NCBI GenBank assembly: GCA_963805975.1
Contig: CAWDVR010000002.1
Coordinates: 448,001-512,000, forward strand
Direction: 5' to 3'
Source: an uncultured Acidobacteriota bacterium
Lineage (GTDB): Bacteria; Acidobacteriota; Thermoanaerobaculia; Multivoradales; SZUA-115
Length of the DNA: 64,000 nucleotides
Both the position numbers and the translations under genes were made by a program. Under the pieces are notes generated by a model that searched no databases, had not been told where the DNA came from, and worked only from the letters and a program-made list of their open reading frames with translations. Of the stretch, positions 61,099-64,000 are shown in pieces. Within the stretch, counting starts at the first letter, position 1. Each line of letters starts with the position of its first letter.

Positions 61099-61235
61099 CC
61101 CCTCACCCCAACCCTCTCCCCGCTAACGCGGGGCGAGGGCGCCGGAAGGGAGACAGTCGCGGCAGCGCCGCGGGGCGAGGGCGCCACCCTCCGGTTCCCT
61201 CTCCCCGCTCGCGGGGAGAGGGCTAGGGTGAGGGG
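61099..61235. repeat. Palindromic REP-like element, family D (CCCTCACCCCAACCCTCTCCCC...GGGGAGAGGGCTAGGGTGAGGGG)
   Basis: Terminal inverted arms, each with an internal CCCTCTCCCCGC..GCGGGG(A/C)GAGGG hairpin. Confidence 0.8.
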
Positions 61236-61246
61236 TTCCGACAGGC

Positions 61247-62599
61247 TTACGGCACAACCTGCGACCAGGCCGAGAGATTCCCGCTCTCGAAACCATCGTC
61301 GAAGATCGGGATGCCCCCCACCGGGATGTCCGTCCCCTGCACCACGCCGAGCGGCGAGTAGCCGGCGTAGCCGGGGAAGATGGCCGGGATCTGGCTGTTG
61401 CCCAGACGGCGGATCAGGATCTCGGTGAGCACGCGGCGGAAATCGGTGGTCACCGCCACGTCGTCCCCCTCGTAGAGAGCGCCAGGCGCCAGGCCCGGCC
61501 ACTGGCCGTGCAGGCCGCCGATGGCGTTGCCGGAGAGCACCAGCATCTGGTTGGCGTGGCCGTGGTCGGTGCCGTCGTCGCCGTTCTGGTAGGCGCGGCG
61601 GCCGAACTCGCTCATCACCACGATGGTCATGCGGTTGGTGTAGTTGGTGGGGCCGGAGAGATCGGTGTAGAGGGCGGAGAGGCCCTGCGCCAGCTCGCCG
61701 ACCAGGCCGGCGTAGTAGCCGCCGGCGCCGTTGCCCTGGTTCTCGTGCGTGTCCCAGCCGCCGAGATCGACCGTCGCCACCCGCAGGCCCAGCTCCAGCT
61801 TCACCATCTGGGCGACGAGCTGCAGGTTGCCGCCGAAGAAGCTCTCCGGGTAGACCGCTCCGTTGCCGGGCGTGTAGCCCGCGCCGGCGTTGAGCTCGAT
61901 GATGTCGAGAGCGTTCAAGGTCTGGAGCCCGGTCTGGTGCAGCCAGGTGTCGTTGCCCGAGTAGAGGTGCCGCAGGGCCACCCGCTGGGCGTCGAGCCAG
62001 CGCCAGGGACCGATGTTGAGCGAGAAGGTGCTGACGTCCTGGAGGTTGATGGTCTCGTAGCTCCCCAGGAGCGAGGTGGTCTGGGTGGCGCCCACGGCGA
62101 GCGAGGGCATGACGATCTGGGCGGGCAGGTTGGGCGCGGTGAGCAGGTGGCGGGTGAGCCAACCGCTGGTCGCGCTCGAGATTCCCGGGGTGCCGAGCTC
62201 CATCCAGTCCATGGAGTCGAAGTGGCTGCGCTGGTTCTCGTGCATGCCCACGGCTTGGACGATGGCGAGCTTGCCGTCCTGGTAGAGCTCGTGGAGGGGG
62301 GCCGCCGCCGGGTGCAGCCCGAAGCCCGTGCCGCCCAGGGGGAGCGCCGCCCCGGGCCCGGAGACCGGCACCTTGAGGGCCGGGCGCAGGGCCTCGTAGA
62401 AGCCGCGGTCGGCGCCACCGATCGGCGGCACGAGGTTCAGGCCGTCCATGCCGCCGCGCAGGAAGAGGACCACCAGGATGTCCTCGTTCGTGGTGCCCGA
62501 GGTCGAGCCGAAGGCCAGGGAGTTGAAGCGCGAGCCGGCGAGGCCGGCGATCGCGGCCGAGCAGCCGACGAGGAAGCTCCTGCGGGAGGATTCGCACAT
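61247..62599 (-). CDS. DUF1501 protein with Tat signal and C-terminal IFDDGFE tail
   Basis: SRRSFL Tat motif, LFLRGGMDGL, RSHFD, GGWDTH, MSEFGRR, GTDHG. Confidence 0.9.
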   Translation of the reverse strand: MCESSRRSFLVGCSAAIAGLAGSRFNSLAFGSTSGTTNEDILVVLFLRGGMDGLNLVPPIGGADRGFYEALRPALKVPVSGPGAALPLGGTGFGLHPAAAPLHELYQDGKLAIVQAVGMHENQRSHFDSMDWMELGTPGISSATSGWLTRHLLTAPNLPAQIVMPSLAVGATQTTSLLGSYETINLQDVSTFSLNIGPWRWLDAQRVALRHLYSGNDTWLHQTGLQTLNALDIIELNAGAGYTPGNGAVYPESFFGGNLQLVAQMVKLELGLRVATVDLGGWDTHENQGNGAGGYYAGLVGELAQGLSALYTDLSGPTNYTNRMTIVVMSEFGRRAYQNGDDGTDHGHANQMLVLSGNAIGGLHGQWPGLAPGALYEGDDVAVTTDFRRVLTEILIRRLGNSQIPAIFPGYAGYSPLGVVQGTDIPVGGIPIFDDGFESGNLSAWSQVVP

Positions 62600-62623
62600 G
62601 ACGGTATTTCCCCTTCGGTGGCT

Positions 62624-64000
<1,377 letters not shown>

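Overview
High-GC bacterial chromosome segment. Gene content and style (short EF-Ts, futalosine pathway, CHAT/ECF cassette, IFxDGFE-tailed exported protein) suggest Acidobacteriota, possibly Thermoanaerobaculia; this is inference, not a database result. Most of the window is housekeeping: rplM-rpsI-rpsB-tsf-pyrH-frr-rlmB; menG-folD-coaE; purB-rlpA; moaC...serA-ddl; ftsK-fmt-rsmB; rsmA; tyrS; mqnA and mqnC; tRNA-Lys/tRNA-Leu-tig-clpP-clpX-lon-engB-rho; DUF1800-DUF1501. Two accessory items stand out. (1) An orphan DUF4157 (eCIS-core) protein at 26096-27340 whose C-terminal domain has a zinc-deaminase signature resembling the AID/APOBEC fold. (2) A four-gene cassette at 44888-50399 (exported TPR-CHAT caspase-like protease, small unknown protein, ECF sigma factor, membrane zf-HC2 anti-sigma) lying on the opposite strand between a dprE1-like and a dprE2-like gene. 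Other features: four families of palindromic REP-like repeats, an in-frame 48-nt triplication of the engB 3' end forming the rho leader, a vapBC-type TA pair, and three single-base frameshifts in core genes (menG, fmt, ftsK) that are probably assembly errors. No CRISPR array, rRNA, transposase or integrase was seen. All family assignments come from motif recognition by eye.
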